In this document: positions 12,500-25,234 of the stretch, one piece after another
Numbering within the stretch: position 1 is the first letter of the stretch
Layout of the letters: every line of letters starts with the position of its first letter
Assembly (NCBI GenBank): GCA_046530935.1
Contig: JBHEQW010000003.1
Span: forward strand, 107 to 64,106
From: Arsenophonus sp.
Lineage (GTDB): Bacteria; Pseudomonadota; Gammaproteobacteria; Enterobacterales; Enterobacteriaceae
Direction: 5' to 3'
Length of the DNA stretch: 64,000 nucleotides
Position numbers and translations under genes: made by a program
The notes under the pieces: generated by a model
The model's database searches: none
The model's input: only the letters and a program-made list of their open reading frames with translations
Told to the model about the DNA's origin: nothing

Positions 12500-13285
12500 T
12501 TAATGCCAAAAATTAGTTTATATTTATAGATGATCCTCAGCTATTTATTACCTATTTAATTGAATTGTTGTAGAAGAATTCTTCATAGCTTATTTAATGT
12601 TTTAGTAGTTTTTCTTTCTCTGATCTATTTTTCTTAATGATATCTATCATTAAGTTGCTGAAGTGTTTGCTGTTGATATGGTAGTTACATGTTGTCGGTT
12701 CTAGCATTAGCGTAACTGATGCAGCATCAACTTTTTTGTCTTGATTAAATTTACATTAATTGTGTCAGTATTTATTACTATTCTAGTAATCTTATACTAG
12801 TTATTGGTTTTTATTACGGCATCAGTTTATAAGCCATAAACGCTGATTAATATTAGCTTGGGTGATCTCCAAGTATCATACTTTTTTAGTTATGGATGCT
12901 TTTTGCTTATTTTTTCGTTTTTTATTTACTATTTAGTTTTTTATGAAAACTAACATAAGAAAGTGTTTATATCATTCCTGATATAAACAACTATCTTAGT
13001 TCTATTATGAGATTTTTATGACCTTTGCAGCACAGCATTTAAAGTTTATATTATTACTATTCTAGTTTGCTTGGTTAACAGCAGGCGTTACAACGTTAGA
13101 TGTCTTTAAGACATAATGGACTCAATATATATATTGTCATTGGCGCTTTTTATTGTATATGTGTTTTTGATACTACCAAATGTGTTTTCGCACCACATAT
13201 TAACTCTCCGCGACATGTACTAGAAAAGGGATTTATCATTTATATTTGCTTTGTTATTGTGCGATTCTATGGTTATAAAAGTTGA
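12500..13285 (+). pseudogene. tatC: tatC pseudogene
   Basis: ..PQLFITYLIELL*.. parallels QPLITHLIELRKRL. ..VTDAASTF.. parallels ATDVASPFF. The C-terminal ..YIVIGAFYCICVFDTTKCVF...IVRFYGYK parallels YVLVGAFVVGMLLTPPDVF...FFSRFYVGK. Many frame breaks. ORF 13100..13285 is its 3' remnant. Confidence 0.8.
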
Positions 13286-13374
13286 AAATTCAGCAAATGA
13301 TAAAGTTTTTAATTAAATAATAGAATAAAACGCTATTTTTATCACAATTAATTATTTTTTAAATTCAGTTTTAT

Positions 13375-13760
13375 ATTGCTACTAAAAGCTTTTTGGTTAC
13401 ATTTTGATTTAGGATCTTCTTAATAAGGATAATTGAACGATTTTCACCATCAGGCTCTAAATAAATTGTTTTTTAGGCCTTCAAAAACACCTTCAATAAT
13501 AACATTAATTGCCTGATACTCGATCTTATTTATTTTGTGCCATAAATTCTTGTTTGGATTTTGATTTTAATTAATTAATGATATGATCTGGTGGTATTAG
13601 AAGGTATAAGTTAAATCAAATAAAATAGTTAATTAATTTAGTTGAATATATCGTTGTAGTGTGAATTTTTTTTGAATTTTTTATTTAGTGAAAAGATAGT
13701 TTTTTAAGAAGAGCTATTGTTTCAGTAATTGTGATATGTTTTTCAGCATATACCATTTTT
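13375..13760 (-). pseudogene. rfaH: rfaH pseudogene (shortened); tatD appears deleted between tatC and rfaH
   Basis: The minus strand reads ..KWYMLKNISQLLKQ*.. (compare SWYLLYCKRGQLQRA). Near the 3' end it reads ..IIEGVFEGLK..LEPDGENRSIILIKKILNQNVTKK.. (compare [39 protein letters not shown]). Position and orientation match E. coli tatD-rfaH. Confidence 0.65.
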
Positions 13761-13766
13761 ATATTT

Positions 13767-13804
13767 CAGCTTGTTGGGTTAAGAACCCAACATGCTGTTT
13801 TTTT
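13767..13804 (+). terminator. Orphan terminator-like hairpin plus T7
   Basis: cagcttgttgggtt aag aacccaacatgctg forms a 14-position stem with one T.T mismatch and a 3-nt loop, followed by ttttttt (13798-13804). No intact gene lies upstream on the plus strand. Confidence 0.5.
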
Positions 13805-14000
13805 AATTTTTTATTGCTAGCTTTATTTTTGCTAGAGCTTATTACATTAAAGAAGATAGTGACTTTTTGTGTTTTTTTCTAAAAATTACATTTTATAAAT
13901 ATATTAAATTATAATTTATTAGGATAGGAGTCAGAGCTAATAGGATTAAATCTTTGAGATTTTATTAAAATAGGTTTATATTATTACCTAATGAAATGTA

Positions 14001-14970
14001 TGTGTTTATTCCCAGATCATTATATAGACCATTGTCGCACAGGCATATTTATGGCCAGATGGGTACTAATGGGATATGGTTGAGATAAAATATGATGATA
14101 ATGAGTTTATATCATAAGGCAGCTATAACAACACCTGAAATTAGAGCTGATTTTCAGAAAAGAAAATCAGCTTGCCTATATTTTGCCTAAGCGTTATGCT
14201 ATATTATAAGTTTACTGTTGGTAAATTGAAAAAACGAGATTATGTTGATGATCACGGATATATTCCCTATCATTTTCAGACGATGCTGTTATTAGCTTAA
14301 AAACCCATAATCATTTTCTTACAAAAAGGGTTTTCTACATTTCTAGCAGATCTGGAGCCAGTTTCGTCGTATGTAAATTCTTGAATCGCATTGTATCTCA
14401 ATTTACCCTTAAATTATTCTTTATCGAAGCGCAAAGTTACAGGTATATAGGAAAATTCTTATAAGATGAAGCAAGAAGCGAAACAGTGAAGCCAACGCAT
14501 AAAATATTTAAAGGCTACTCCTACTACCATGATTAGTAGTTTGCACGTATATGTGAAATATCTTCTAAAGATACTAAAAAAACTTCATAATGTTATCTTT
14601 TCGCATGTCTATGAATAGTCCTATTTAATTGGTTTTTATTCATCTTTAAAAGCCAAAGATTATGATTAATGCTTGAAGCATTTTAAATGATCTTGACCGA
14701 ATATCCCATGGCTATTCATTGTCTACTTAATAGATAAGAGCAAAGAATTTACAGACTACTTTTTTTATCTGCGGAAATATTTATGATTAGAAAATTGAAT
14801 TGGTCTCTAAGTAAGAATAGACAACAATATATCTATTTCTCCTAAAAATAGATAGAATCTGTTTACTTGTTTCTATTGTAAGTAAAAATTTCATCGTAAT
14901 TTGTATTCTTTAACTTAATACATTAATATTAGAAATATTAACTATATGTTTAGCTAATAATAATTAGCGT
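14001..14970 (+). mobile_element. IS481-like transposase pseudogene, copy B2
   Basis: The left end is tgtgtttattcccagatcattatatagacc. The N-terminal ..TPEIRADFQKRKSACLYFA*ALCYIISLLLVN.. is of the type TTP.IRA.IQ.S.E....LA.RYGIS. The right boundary is approximate. Confidence 0.5.
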
Positions 14971-15149
14971 TTTTTTATTTTATGCATTCTTTATAATAAA
15001 GAATGCCGTTATTTGCTTGCAAAAACCAAGCCTTGATAAAAAATAGTCTGTCGTCATACACATAGAATGTATTCGTAGGAATCTTTATGTGCGCAAGAAT
15101 CTTTTCATAAAAAAAATATGAGCCTTTGGTTTGTTTTAGCTATTAGCTC

Positions 15150-18096
15150 AAGCGACTTATACGACTTATGTAATAGAATGATTGATTTACAATTCTACAA
15201 GAAAGCATAGTAACGCACTACCTTAAAATTCTTCCCATGGAAGAAGGCTAATATATAGCGGCAGATCATTTCTTTCTGCCAAAGTGTCTTTTTATATGCC
15301 GATACTACTTAGTCAGTTGTGATCATGGTAATGATGTACAACTTGCATTCTCTCGGTAATCCTGCAATTTTTAGATAGGATACCATGGCGTTTAAGGTAG
15401 TTTTTGATGTATTTCACGCTATGCCATGCAACTTTCATCTTTTTAGCAAAGTGAATTTACAAGTAATGTTCACCAACTATTATTATGCGTTCAGATAACG
15501 CTACTACTACTTCCTTGCGTGAATATGCCAAGATCAAAAAGAACCAACAGACAAACACTGTGATTTATCAGCTTATATCTATGACGTACTAGATGAATGA
15601 CAGCGGCTTGCTAGATTTCTTCGAACCATTTTCTTTTGAAGAAAAGCTCACATTCTATATAGCATCTTTAATATCCAGATCGATACATGTGATGAAGATA
15701 TGAAGATGTAGATGTTGATTGAGTTGTATACTATAAGCATCCAAGGTATAAAAGGCGCAATTTCAATACTATGTTTATGTGGTAACTTTCAGGATAGCGC
15801 GAGTGGTGTGTGGCTCGAAACAGAGTATTGACTAGATGCTAGTTATTGTTGAAAAAAGCATAAAGAATATTGGCACCATAAAAGTAATATCTTGCCAAGT
15901 CCTAATCGAGCAAAATATGAACCTGCTGTGCTAACTAGTTGCTCCGTTGCTTTGAAACTATATGAAATATAGGCTTTTGATTTATAGCTTTGGAGAAAAA
16001 TGCGGTTGGAGCATTCAGGATAGACAGAGCAGCAGCACCTGGACTTTATGGTTGGCTATAGACACTCATGGTAGAAGTTTGCGCATGGAAGCATTTGCTC
16101 AACAGATAGACTGATCTACAAGTTGGCACTTTTAGGGTATTTTTTAAGAAAATTATTTTAGGTTTATCAATGATGAAAAGCAGTTTAGTTTGGCTATTGG
16201 AGTGAGAATACATCTTGGCAAATTGCCATTTGAAGTATCTTGCAAGAGAAATAAAAATTGTTATCCTGTCTGAATTTTTCATGTTTATTAGTCCAATTGT
16301 TTTTGTGTTTATCATAGGTAGTCGAAAGAGACAGATGAATATTATAACCTAGTTATCTATAAATGATAAATCCATCGTCAAGCATAATTTCATTCATTTC
16401 GTCCACACCAACCATTCCAGCTGGGCTGGCCAATATCTACTTACTTCCAACATCAGGGAACTTTCCTGCTTGGGAACTTACTTGCCGATGTGGTATTTTT
16501 AAACTAGAAGCTGGATTACCATCTCAAGTAAATCTCTAGAAACTATACGAAACCCATAGCACTGTGTAATTCTTGAAGATAAACGCCCAAATCAAAGTAC
16601 GTGCTTACAGCTCCTCTATATCGGTATTTGTAGCCTGTTTTGGCCTTATATCTTCATTACAAAATCAAGCCAAAAGGCTCTAATATCTGCTAGTGATAGG
16701 CTACATTGCTCAACTTCCGTTTTTCTTGCTGTAGTATTAGTCAAAATTGACGCAGAACAGAGCTGAAGATTGCTACTTGATGTAGCGGTCTATAGCATCA
16801 AACATAGTAAATTCTTTATATAAATCATTGATGTGTATGTGAGCGAGTCTTTCACTGCTACTACCTGGGCTTTTTTTAGTATTTGGATTTTATCCAGGCG
16901 TCTGAATAAGTAATTATATGCTGTGATGAGCTAGGTATTAGTTTTCTAAGTTCAGAAAAATAGATTGGTATATTTTTCTTCAAGGTGGACTGATGAATCC
17001 AGAATATTGGTCATATTACCGCTATCTTACTTCGGAAAACAGAATGCTGTGCAAGTTTATGGTTGTAATATATGATGTCGGATGTTCTGGTTTATGGTTG
17101 GTTATCTAGTAAATATAGGTCTTTGCAGTCTGACTGTTCGCTGAAAACACCAGTGATTATGTTACTTATGAATATCAATAAGACATTTAATTTATCAGCA
17201 TTCTTGTTTATATACATTATCATAGTCATGTATACCATGTCGTCGGCATATTCGTTCGGATCTAGGAATCCAATGGCTGATACACTGGCTGCTGCTTTTA
17301 TCCAGCACAAAACTGTCCATCGTGTCAACACACAGCCATGAACTGCTGAATGCATATCATTGTTGCGTGCTGTCCAACTTCCCTTATCAATTTTGGTAAT
17401 CGTTAACCATTTTGATATCAAGAACATCATACAACACATGGGTTGATGACATGTAGACACACATGATCAGATTTTGTGCTTCCAGTTCATTTTTGAGTCT
17501 ATGCATTAAGTTAGAATACCATTTTCCAGAGAGCCTAAATACAATCTAGATCTCCATGCCAAAATCTAGACGTGGAATGAAGATCTGCCGTCTAGGCTAG
17601 ATACACCACGTTGCATGTGTTATTAAATACTGTTGTCTAGCAAGATAGGTAGACGGATCAGGATATAGAAGAACATTATATGGTTTTATTGATCATAGGT
17701 AATGTTGCGCAACTCGATGCGTACTGCCACTCTTTGTGTTTATCAAATCTGGCGTAACTTCCAGTATACTACAAACAATGATAGATGAGATAGCTATTGC
17801 ATGGAAAAGTCTTCGCTTAAGTTAGTAATGACAGTTTGTTTGAATGTCAAGTGCCGGTAGCATCGACTCAATATACGATTAATAACTAGGTTGTGATCTT
17901 TCAACTCACAAGTTATACACTGAGCGTCCGTATGAGTTAGGATGCCATGCTACATAGTTCAAATGACATTTTTGTTTTAAAGTGCAAGCGATCACACGAA
18001 GGTCCATCTTTAGCAGTAAGTGCGGTAGACCACAATCAGTTGGCATGACAGAAAGGCATTGCCGCACTTGCCTGCACGACGTGTAGCGTAGCACAC
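15150..18096 (-). mobile_element. Degraded reverse-transcriptase region with two group II intron-type RT remnants
   Basis: ORF 17092..17460 contains ..EYADDMVY.. (RT YADD box). A second remnant at about 16330-16400 reads ..IMLDDGFIIY.. . It is followed (ORF 16046..16315) by GLINMKNSDRI...F.SLARYF, which resembles GL.LN.EKT.I..F.FLGY. Maturase-X-like ..IIIVGEHY..KVAWHSVKYIKNYLKRH lies at about 15350-15500. The minus strand begins GTGTG at 18096, which fits the intron 5' consensus GUGYG. This is the most G+C-rich part of the window by eye. No intact ORF. Confidence 0.5.
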
Positions 18097-18147
18097 ATGT
18101 AGTCGTATTTTTTCATGGGCATATTTTCTATTGTAGCGTTTTATTGA

Positions 18148-19193
18148 GCTATGTTGGCAAAGATTGTTAGTAGAAATTCTTTATATTGCATGAAGGATTT
18201 TTGTTAGAGCAGTCGCTATGAAAAAGTAAACAGTCTCATACAGATCAAAGAGACCATTTCATCAGTCTATTACCAACATAAAGCGGTATTTCATTAGTTG
18301 GCTCACCAACAATATGTTAGATGATCTAGATTCATGCATTAAGCAACTAATTCCACTTTATCCTACCTATATTGTCACAGTGAAGATGTATTACTCTCTT
18401 TGTAGATTAATTAGGATTACAGCGATGCGATATTGTTAAAAAATTTTAGATTGTAGAATAACATTTAAGAAATTTACTGTAAGTTCTCTAGCAATGCCAT
18501 ACCAAAATAGTATACATGGTTTAGTTATCTGCCATGTCTATTGAATAGTTTTACTTTATTAGAAGTTAGGGAAACAAATTGCTATTGATTTAAAAACGGT
18601 GTTTATAGTCCTAATTGCTTCCTTGCTTCATAGGCGATAGCCAAGATAAATATATTAAGTAGTATTGTTGAAGTTGAAGAAAAATTTTCCTAAATCCTTT
18701 AATAGAGAAGGGTTATAATTCTACATAGAAAAGCTAGAAAACTTGTAAGATGGGATATGTAAAGATAAAGAAGAAATTATGGTCTTAATCTCTTTAGATT
18801 AACAGGGTTATGTAATCAATGAGATTCTTGAAGAATTTAATGCAGAGAGTGTATTAGTCGTTTTCTTAAACCGCGATCATCGATAAAGAGTCTATCCTTT
18901 ACTTTTAGATAGAAGCTAAATATCACGAAACATTTGCCAGCTAGCATGAAATTATTTTTATTGCTTAATAAGCTTGGATAATTAGAGAATTATTGCTAAG
19001 GAATTCCTCATTCAAAATATGAGGAGTTATATTAACCGATTAAAAGGATAATTGAGTAGATTCTATGATGTATGATTCTTTTATTTACAAAATTATCTTT
19101 CATATAGGAGATTGTTTAAAATTGAAACAATTAAAATATGAACTTGGCTAAAAATTGCTCTGTTATCAAAGCAACAACCTTTGATAATATCGC
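18148..19193 (+). mobile_element. ISAs1-like transposase pseudogene, copy C3, full length
   Basis: The left inverted repeat is gctatgttggcaaagattg and the right is aacctttgataatatcgc. The translation retains ..QIAIDLKTV.. (AIDGKT), ..VLISLD*QG.. (T.DAMG.Q) and ..VVFLNRDH.. (L.LKGNQ), as in ISAs1/H-repeat transposases. Many stops. Confidence 0.65.
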
Positions 19194-19886
19194 CGTTTTT
19201 GTAGGTGTTATCACACCACAATTTTTAAGCATTATGAGTCCTAAATGTAGGCATTAAATAGATTATTGACATTATTATTGGTGGGAATTTAACTATACTC
19301 AAGCAAACCAAAATTCCACTTTTATCCATACATACGTTGAGCATTTGGAAGTGTATTTGGCTTGAGCAATTTTCTCAACTAATTCATGGAAAGAGCAGTT
19401 TAATTAATCATAGCATCCTGCAAGCCATAGAAATTGGAGTGGTGATTAGAGAAGCTTAACCAATGAATTTTAAAGCTGTTGTAAGGAAAGCAAATCATGT
19501 GCTGGAAGATTTTCTCATGCTTCTTAGTGTTCTAGAAGGTGTAACTAATAAACATCTTGTTAGGGTTAGATAGTTGAGTTACTAGCAAATAGTGAAGAGG
19601 AGGCAAAAATTATAGCATCATCTCTTTTTTTTGCTAATCTAAAAATAGATTGTACCGCAATCGCATCGAAACGAAACTTGCTAGTGCTGATGATATTACG
19701 GCAAGACTCGGTTAAGCTAAAGCCCAGTTGGATTTTTCGGAAATATACATTGGGCTATCGTTAAGGAAGCAAAGTTGTTGATAAGTATCATATTAAGGAA
19801 TATGTATGATTTTTTGAATAATTTAAGTTTAACTTTGAACAAGTTTTTCATAAAGCTACAATGGAGTTTTAACTACCTAATAATAG

Positions 19887-21311
19887 AGGTAGCAGCAAAT
19901 TTGGTGTATCTGTCTTACAGACAGTACATTCCATTTTAATGCTTTGTAAATTTGTTCCTATACTTAAATTGGATGTTGCTTATGATGAAGATCATATAAG
20001 GATAAATATCCTTTAGCCGGTTCTGGCTTTTTTAAGTAGATTATAGCAGTTGAATAGGATTAAAATGTGTGTTTTTATTGAACAATAGTTCTTCGTGTGT
20101 CTCTTAAAAACACTTATTCAACCAGATTAGTTGTTTTTATTCGACGCTCAGTGCTTTGACGTATAGTGCCAGAATGGCATCAGTTCTTCTCAACTTTCTT
20201 CAGATTTTTCATCTTTGTGGAATGCACTTGACTGAAAACCTTCTCAACAAAACATCAATGTGTTTATTAGCTACATCATGGCTATTCATTGCTAACAAGA
20301 CATATCTAGTGCAGATCAATCTCAGTCTTAACTTTCGGTTGTATACTTTTGTAGTGAAACCAGCACCAATTCTGTTTTGTGTACTAAAACATCATTGGTG
20401 CTGCATGTCTTTGGATATCTTTGACATTGTATTATAAAAACAGTGGTTATGGTTTTCTGTAGCAAGACTGTGGCTATACGGTTAAGCTATGGTGTTTGCT
20501 GGCTATTAAGAACTTTAGCTAAGTTCTATTATGACTTTTAATAAGCATCTTTGATCACAACTAGCTCTTTACTTCCATACTTAGTAATCCAAATAAATAC
20601 AAGCAAGCAAAGACGATCGAATATCTTATCCTAAGATAACTCTATATATACCATATCTAAATAAATAAAGGTAGTGCGTATTGCTTAAATCCAGTGGCCG
20701 GCAATTCATTGTATTTCTTAACCTATTGCTCTTTGTCTGCTGGTGGTGTTGAATAGAGATTCATGTGCTTTTTCAGTGAAAATCACTTGTAGAATCTAGT
20801 GAAAATTACTACTGTAGAGATGCTTAGCAGGACAGATATGGTAGAATCTTTTTAAGATTTTTTCTAGGCTTCAGATAAGGAGATATGGATAGCAGCGAGA
20901 TGTTGAAGGATATTACGTTTCTGCTGCGATTTCATAAGTTTATGGATTTTAATCTTAATATCACCAATACGAGTCTGTATTGTCCACTTTGGAAAATAAC
21001 TCTTATATGAAAGATGTCATAATGTGATGCCAAGTTGAGAATGCGGCGTTCAGTATATTATCGCAGCATGCCTTCGAGCTCATGCCTCAACAGCTTTGAC
21101 TATCAGCTGCTTGGTACAATTACGGATGAGTTCATGTAAGAGATCACAGATAATATATTGTTTTGTGAATACATGTCTGTATATGGCATATTTTTCCATT
21201 GCATATCATATCTTTTTATTGTTCGTATTATATACGAAATCAATCAACAGGATCAGTACATCGTCATATCACCATCTCAAAAATCCAATACACTAGAAAT
21301 AAGCATAACTA
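19887..21311 (-). mobile_element. IS256-like transposase pseudogene, copy A2
   Basis: Collinear nucleotide homology with the other copies. The outer end is ..ggtagcagcaaatttggtgtat and the inner end ..aagcataact. ORFs 20156..20437, 21096..21296 and 21158..21370 are wrong-strand or fragment artefacts. Confidence 0.65.
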
Positions 21312-22120
21312 ACATAATAGTGATTGGAATAATTCCTAATTGTATAGCTAAAGATATCAATGTAGAGTGATCTAAAGCTTTTCATTAGAATTGAAATGAT
21401 GCATTTTATAGCTCCTTATCTTCTTATATGTCCATTAATTTGATAGATTATACCATTTGTTTAAAGATATATCGTCTGGCTAAGTCGGTATTTCTATACT
21501 AAGTCATGTACACAAACTGACGAATTCATGTTTTCTGCTAGCTGAACGTTTTCGCAGGCCAAAAATGTGGTATATAAATTCTTTTGCATTGTCTATAACT
21601 ACCTGATGGATAGACATGACATGCTTTCTTAAGATTACCTAAGAAACATTGAGTACATTCTCTGCGGTCTTTGCTTTATAAATCTGGATAAAAATCAATT
21701 AAATGATGTGATTGTACATACGAAAAAATAACATTGGGAAGTTTTATTTTGAATCTATGGAAGCCATTTAACACCTACATGCATATAAAAGCAGGCTACT
21801 AGCTTTTAAACGTTTTATGTTTCATGTTCGCTGCTTATTGCTTTATTTTACGCAAATTCTATTCTATCTTTCTGTTCTGATAAAAGAAAGATCTAGCTTA
21901 TATTTATTTTATCTTGCAACATCATGGTGTTTTTTGACTCTGATAATATAAGTTTCTCTTTAGCCTCCGCTTGCGCGTCCTTTAATACGCTGTAACTGGT
22001 TATGATATTCCACAGAAACTGGAAAAGATCAGGTATTTATTACCAATCTCTAGCTCGGCTTCATACAGACAAGCTGCATACATGCAGCTGACCAATAACC
22101 TTTCTGTCGTCATGAATATC
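21312..22120 (-). mobile_element. IS481-like transposase pseudogene, copy B3, internally deleted; abuts IS256 copy A2 end to end
   Basis: The low-coordinate end ..ataatagtgattggaataattcctaattgtatagc matches the copy at 54432. The minus strand reads ..VVIDNAKEFIY.. (rve core, TDNG.EF) and the HTH remnant ..FCGIS*PVTAY.. Confidence 0.55.
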
Positions 22121-22127
22121 ATAATTT

Positions 22128-24020
22128 TAGTATCGCCTCTTGTGTATGAGTTCATCCACAAGTTTATCGGCATAGTAATTATTGTTGAGAAAACGAATTT
22201 TACACTGGCTGATGGGGCTATTTTGTCTGTGCCATAAACAACTCGTGCAGTTCAAACTATGTCAGCTATTCAATCTCGTTATCATTCGTTTTCCAGTTTC
22301 CAGCAACGAAATTCGGCTTAGCTGTGTAATGTTGGTAATCTGATTGTTTGGGTGAGTTCACTGTGTAGATAGGAGTTGTACTACTCAATAACCAACATTC
22401 TCTTGATTTCATCAATCAGGATTTTCTAGGATGGCAAACTTAAGCATCTTGTGCTTTTTTTGGCTGGCAACTGTTAGGTTACTACTTCATACTCTTCTTT
22501 GGCTATGTTGTGTTCAATGCAGATTTAAGCGTGTGTCTTACCAGTGTTTCGCGTTGTTTTCCAGATCAGCACCAGTACTAAATAGCAAATCGGTTGGCAC
22601 AATATGTTATTCAGGCGTTCAATAATGTTCCAGAGAGTAATTGCTGATGGAATGCTAGTGTAAGATATTTAAAATAACCAAGGCTGGTTAAAAAATACAG
22701 TTAATATCCATATCGAGCCTGTTATTGATTTGATCTATTCAGTTATTCGAATAGTAGAAGAAAGAGCTTGATAGTTTGTAAGGCAATGTCATACCGTTTC
22801 ATATTGATAATTATAATCACGGTTTTGTAAAGAGAGATCCACAGTCGGTATATAGCTGTAGTTGCCATCGATAATCGATAATAAAGACCAGTGGCAGCAA
22901 AAAAGGTTACCAATGATTCAGTATAGGCTACCTTAATCTTCATTACGTTATCGTCCACCAATGCAGAAATAATTTGCCTGTAGACACTGCTCCAGTAATA
23001 GCAGACAAGCTTTCAAGCTAGCGATATTCATTACTAGTTTTTTATTTACCATATTTAATGGTTTTAGCTGGTGGGTTTAGTTTGCAGATCGCATACAGCA
23101 TGGTATCATAAAATGTAGCGTTATTAATATCAGCGATTAATCAGCATAGCGTGCTGTTGGTATTTGGTGAAAAAAATCCGTATATTTCTTCATGCTGCTT
23201 TAGTTTTAATTGTGATAAGTGTGGCAGATAATTATGTAGATAGGCAATGTTCTCTAGTTTTATGACCTCGCTATTATTCAGAGTTTGGATTATCAGGCGC
23301 TAGGTTTATTGGTGCTTGCCATTTATTATATAGGCAAGCCAGCCATGGCTTAATGGTGGTTTTATTGAGTTAACACCTTTTGCTTTTCTTAACCTTGGCT
23401 ACCTGTGCATGCCTGGGTAATGCCACATTTGGCAAATTGCCAGGCTTTTGCATGCTAGAAAATAAAGCTGATGGTTTGTGCTCAGTTACAACGCGACGGT
23501 TTCCATTCCATATTTTATGAGGATATACTGCACCCTCTAATATTAGAGCACTAGGGATTTATGGTTCTTTTATGGTTGAGCCAGATTGGTTCGTTTTTTT
23601 TCAACCAATCCTGTGGAGACGGTAAATGTCTAAGTTTACCAAACTTTTTAGGACCTCTGGTAACCTTTAATGCGGTGGCTTATTTGATGCTATCAGCAAT
23701 CGGCGCATCGATTATCAGTTTTTTAATATGACATTAACGAATTAGCATACTGGGCTTTCAATTGGCAAACAAGCAATGCGGTACTCGTAAAAAAGCCTTG
23801 CTACCTTCTACGGTTGCAGTTCATTGATTTTAGAGGCGCCTGACAACTTATTCAGTGCTAGCCACTAAATCCTTGGTATTTTCACAGTGAACCACTGAAA
23901 CTAAATCAATTCAGTTATTGATGCAAACATTATCATACTTATCTCACGCAGTCTGATTATGATATCGATTTAGAAAAATATCTTGAGGAGCAACACCAAT
24001 CGCTTCAGCAATAATGCGTT
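22128..24020 (-). pseudogene. kup: Probable kup (low-affinity K+ uptake) pseudogene
   Basis: Frameshifted minus-strand matches occur in Kup order. ..FASIT.. parallels FAPIM. ..LFYEYRIA.. parallels FFLEYKTVSF. ..TALKVTRGPKKFGKL.. parallels EALYADMGHFGKF. ..LKKNEPI.. parallels LLKNPEAI. The terminal DKLVDELIHKRRY* parallels PNRVIELGTQVEI*. The span of about 1.9 kb fits a protein of about 622 aa. This is an alignment from memory. Confidence 0.5.
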
Positions 24021-24389
24021 AATATTTTTTACAAGGGTGATTCAAAAATAATTTTTAGTGAAATTAGGTTTCAGTCCTGCTTGTATCAAAATTTATATAG
24101 TGTAAATTCTTTTACATGTATCCCACCGACACAATATTTTGCTAATCTGAGTATCATGGGTTAGAAATTTTATTTCTAAGCATTATTACTTAATCTTTAA
24201 AAATTACAGGCACAGATAACCGATAGAGTTTACTGCCTTGAATAAAATTGCTTTTTTTAAAAAAAGTTAATTAGAATTTAATTCTTTTGAATTATGCGCC
24301 GATTTCACATGTTTTAGATTTTAAATTAACAACATGAAATGAAAACAAATGAGATAATAGAAAAGAAATAGATATTTCCTTGAAAACAA

Positions 24390-25140
24390 GACATAAACAA
24401 ATTCTCATTGAGCGATTAAAAATAGTAATGGGCTAAGATTTATATAAGAAGTATCAAAGGAATATGGAATTTTATCGTTTAAAGATTAATAATTATTTTA
24501 AGAGACTCTCTTAAAGACCTAGTGTTGATATTCTTAAGAATATTGCATTAGCAAAAAAATATAGGCGTTGAATTTCTAAATAAGTAGTTCTACATGAACT
24601 ATATGAGGTGCTAAATCAACAAAACATTCAACAAACAATACTACACATGGATCCTAATACACAAAAATTATAATAATATTGGAGAAATTGAAAGCGAAAT
24701 AACTAGCAAAACTAGATAAATTTCTTAAATTTAATGGTTCTATGTGTATACTTAAAGTGGAACTGATTGATCTAGAAAATCAATCCTCTTTTTAGACTTA
24801 AAAATAGATGGAAAACTAGTAGTTTTATGTATTGAATCTATGTGTAAAAATAATTTAAAGAGATTTTATTCAAAATTGAAAGTTTTTTTAGTAAAACTTT
24901 CTTTTAGAAAGTAGATTCCTATAATGCTAACATTCTTCTAAGAATGAACCTGAATAAGGTTTTTCTCAAGCAAAAATATTCAAAGGACAATTAAACCATA
25001 ATTTATAAATAAAGAATTATTTGTTTTCTTGTCTTTGGTATTAAATCAGAAACAGCTTTCTAACCTTAAGAAAATTCTATGAATTTCTGCTAATTCCTGG
25101 ATATTCCACAAATAATATCAAATCCATTTCTTCTATATGA
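24390..25140 (+). pseudogene. Possible DeoR-family HTH regulator pseudogene
   Basis: ..RHKQILIERLK.. followed after a frameshift by ..FIV*RLIIILRDSLKDL.. resembles the DeoR N-terminus (R...IL..L.....F.VS..TIRRDL..L). The 3' extent is guessed from the typical family length. Confidence 0.3.
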
Positions 25141-25234
25141 TGCCGCAAACAATAAGTTACAAACTTTAGCTGTCTTTTTTTTGATAAAGTAAGCAAAAAT
25201 AATTATTTTTTAATTAAATTTTAATTTAAGTGAT

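Noticed and set aside
14985-15007. 10-bp perfect hairpin, gcattcttta-taa-taaagaatgc, as a terminator
   Set aside because: The T-run precedes the stem rather than following it on the plus strand, and only A-rich sequence follows on the minus strand. It is an AT-rich stem that could arise by chance.
17092-17460. 122-aa ORF with a YADD box, as a possible live reverse transcriptase (retron, DGR or defence RT)
   Set aside because: It covers only a small piece of an RT domain. The upstream RT motifs and the downstream thumb and maturase regions are in other frames with many stops. I saw no adjacent msr/msd-like, template-repeat/variable-repeat or effector gene.
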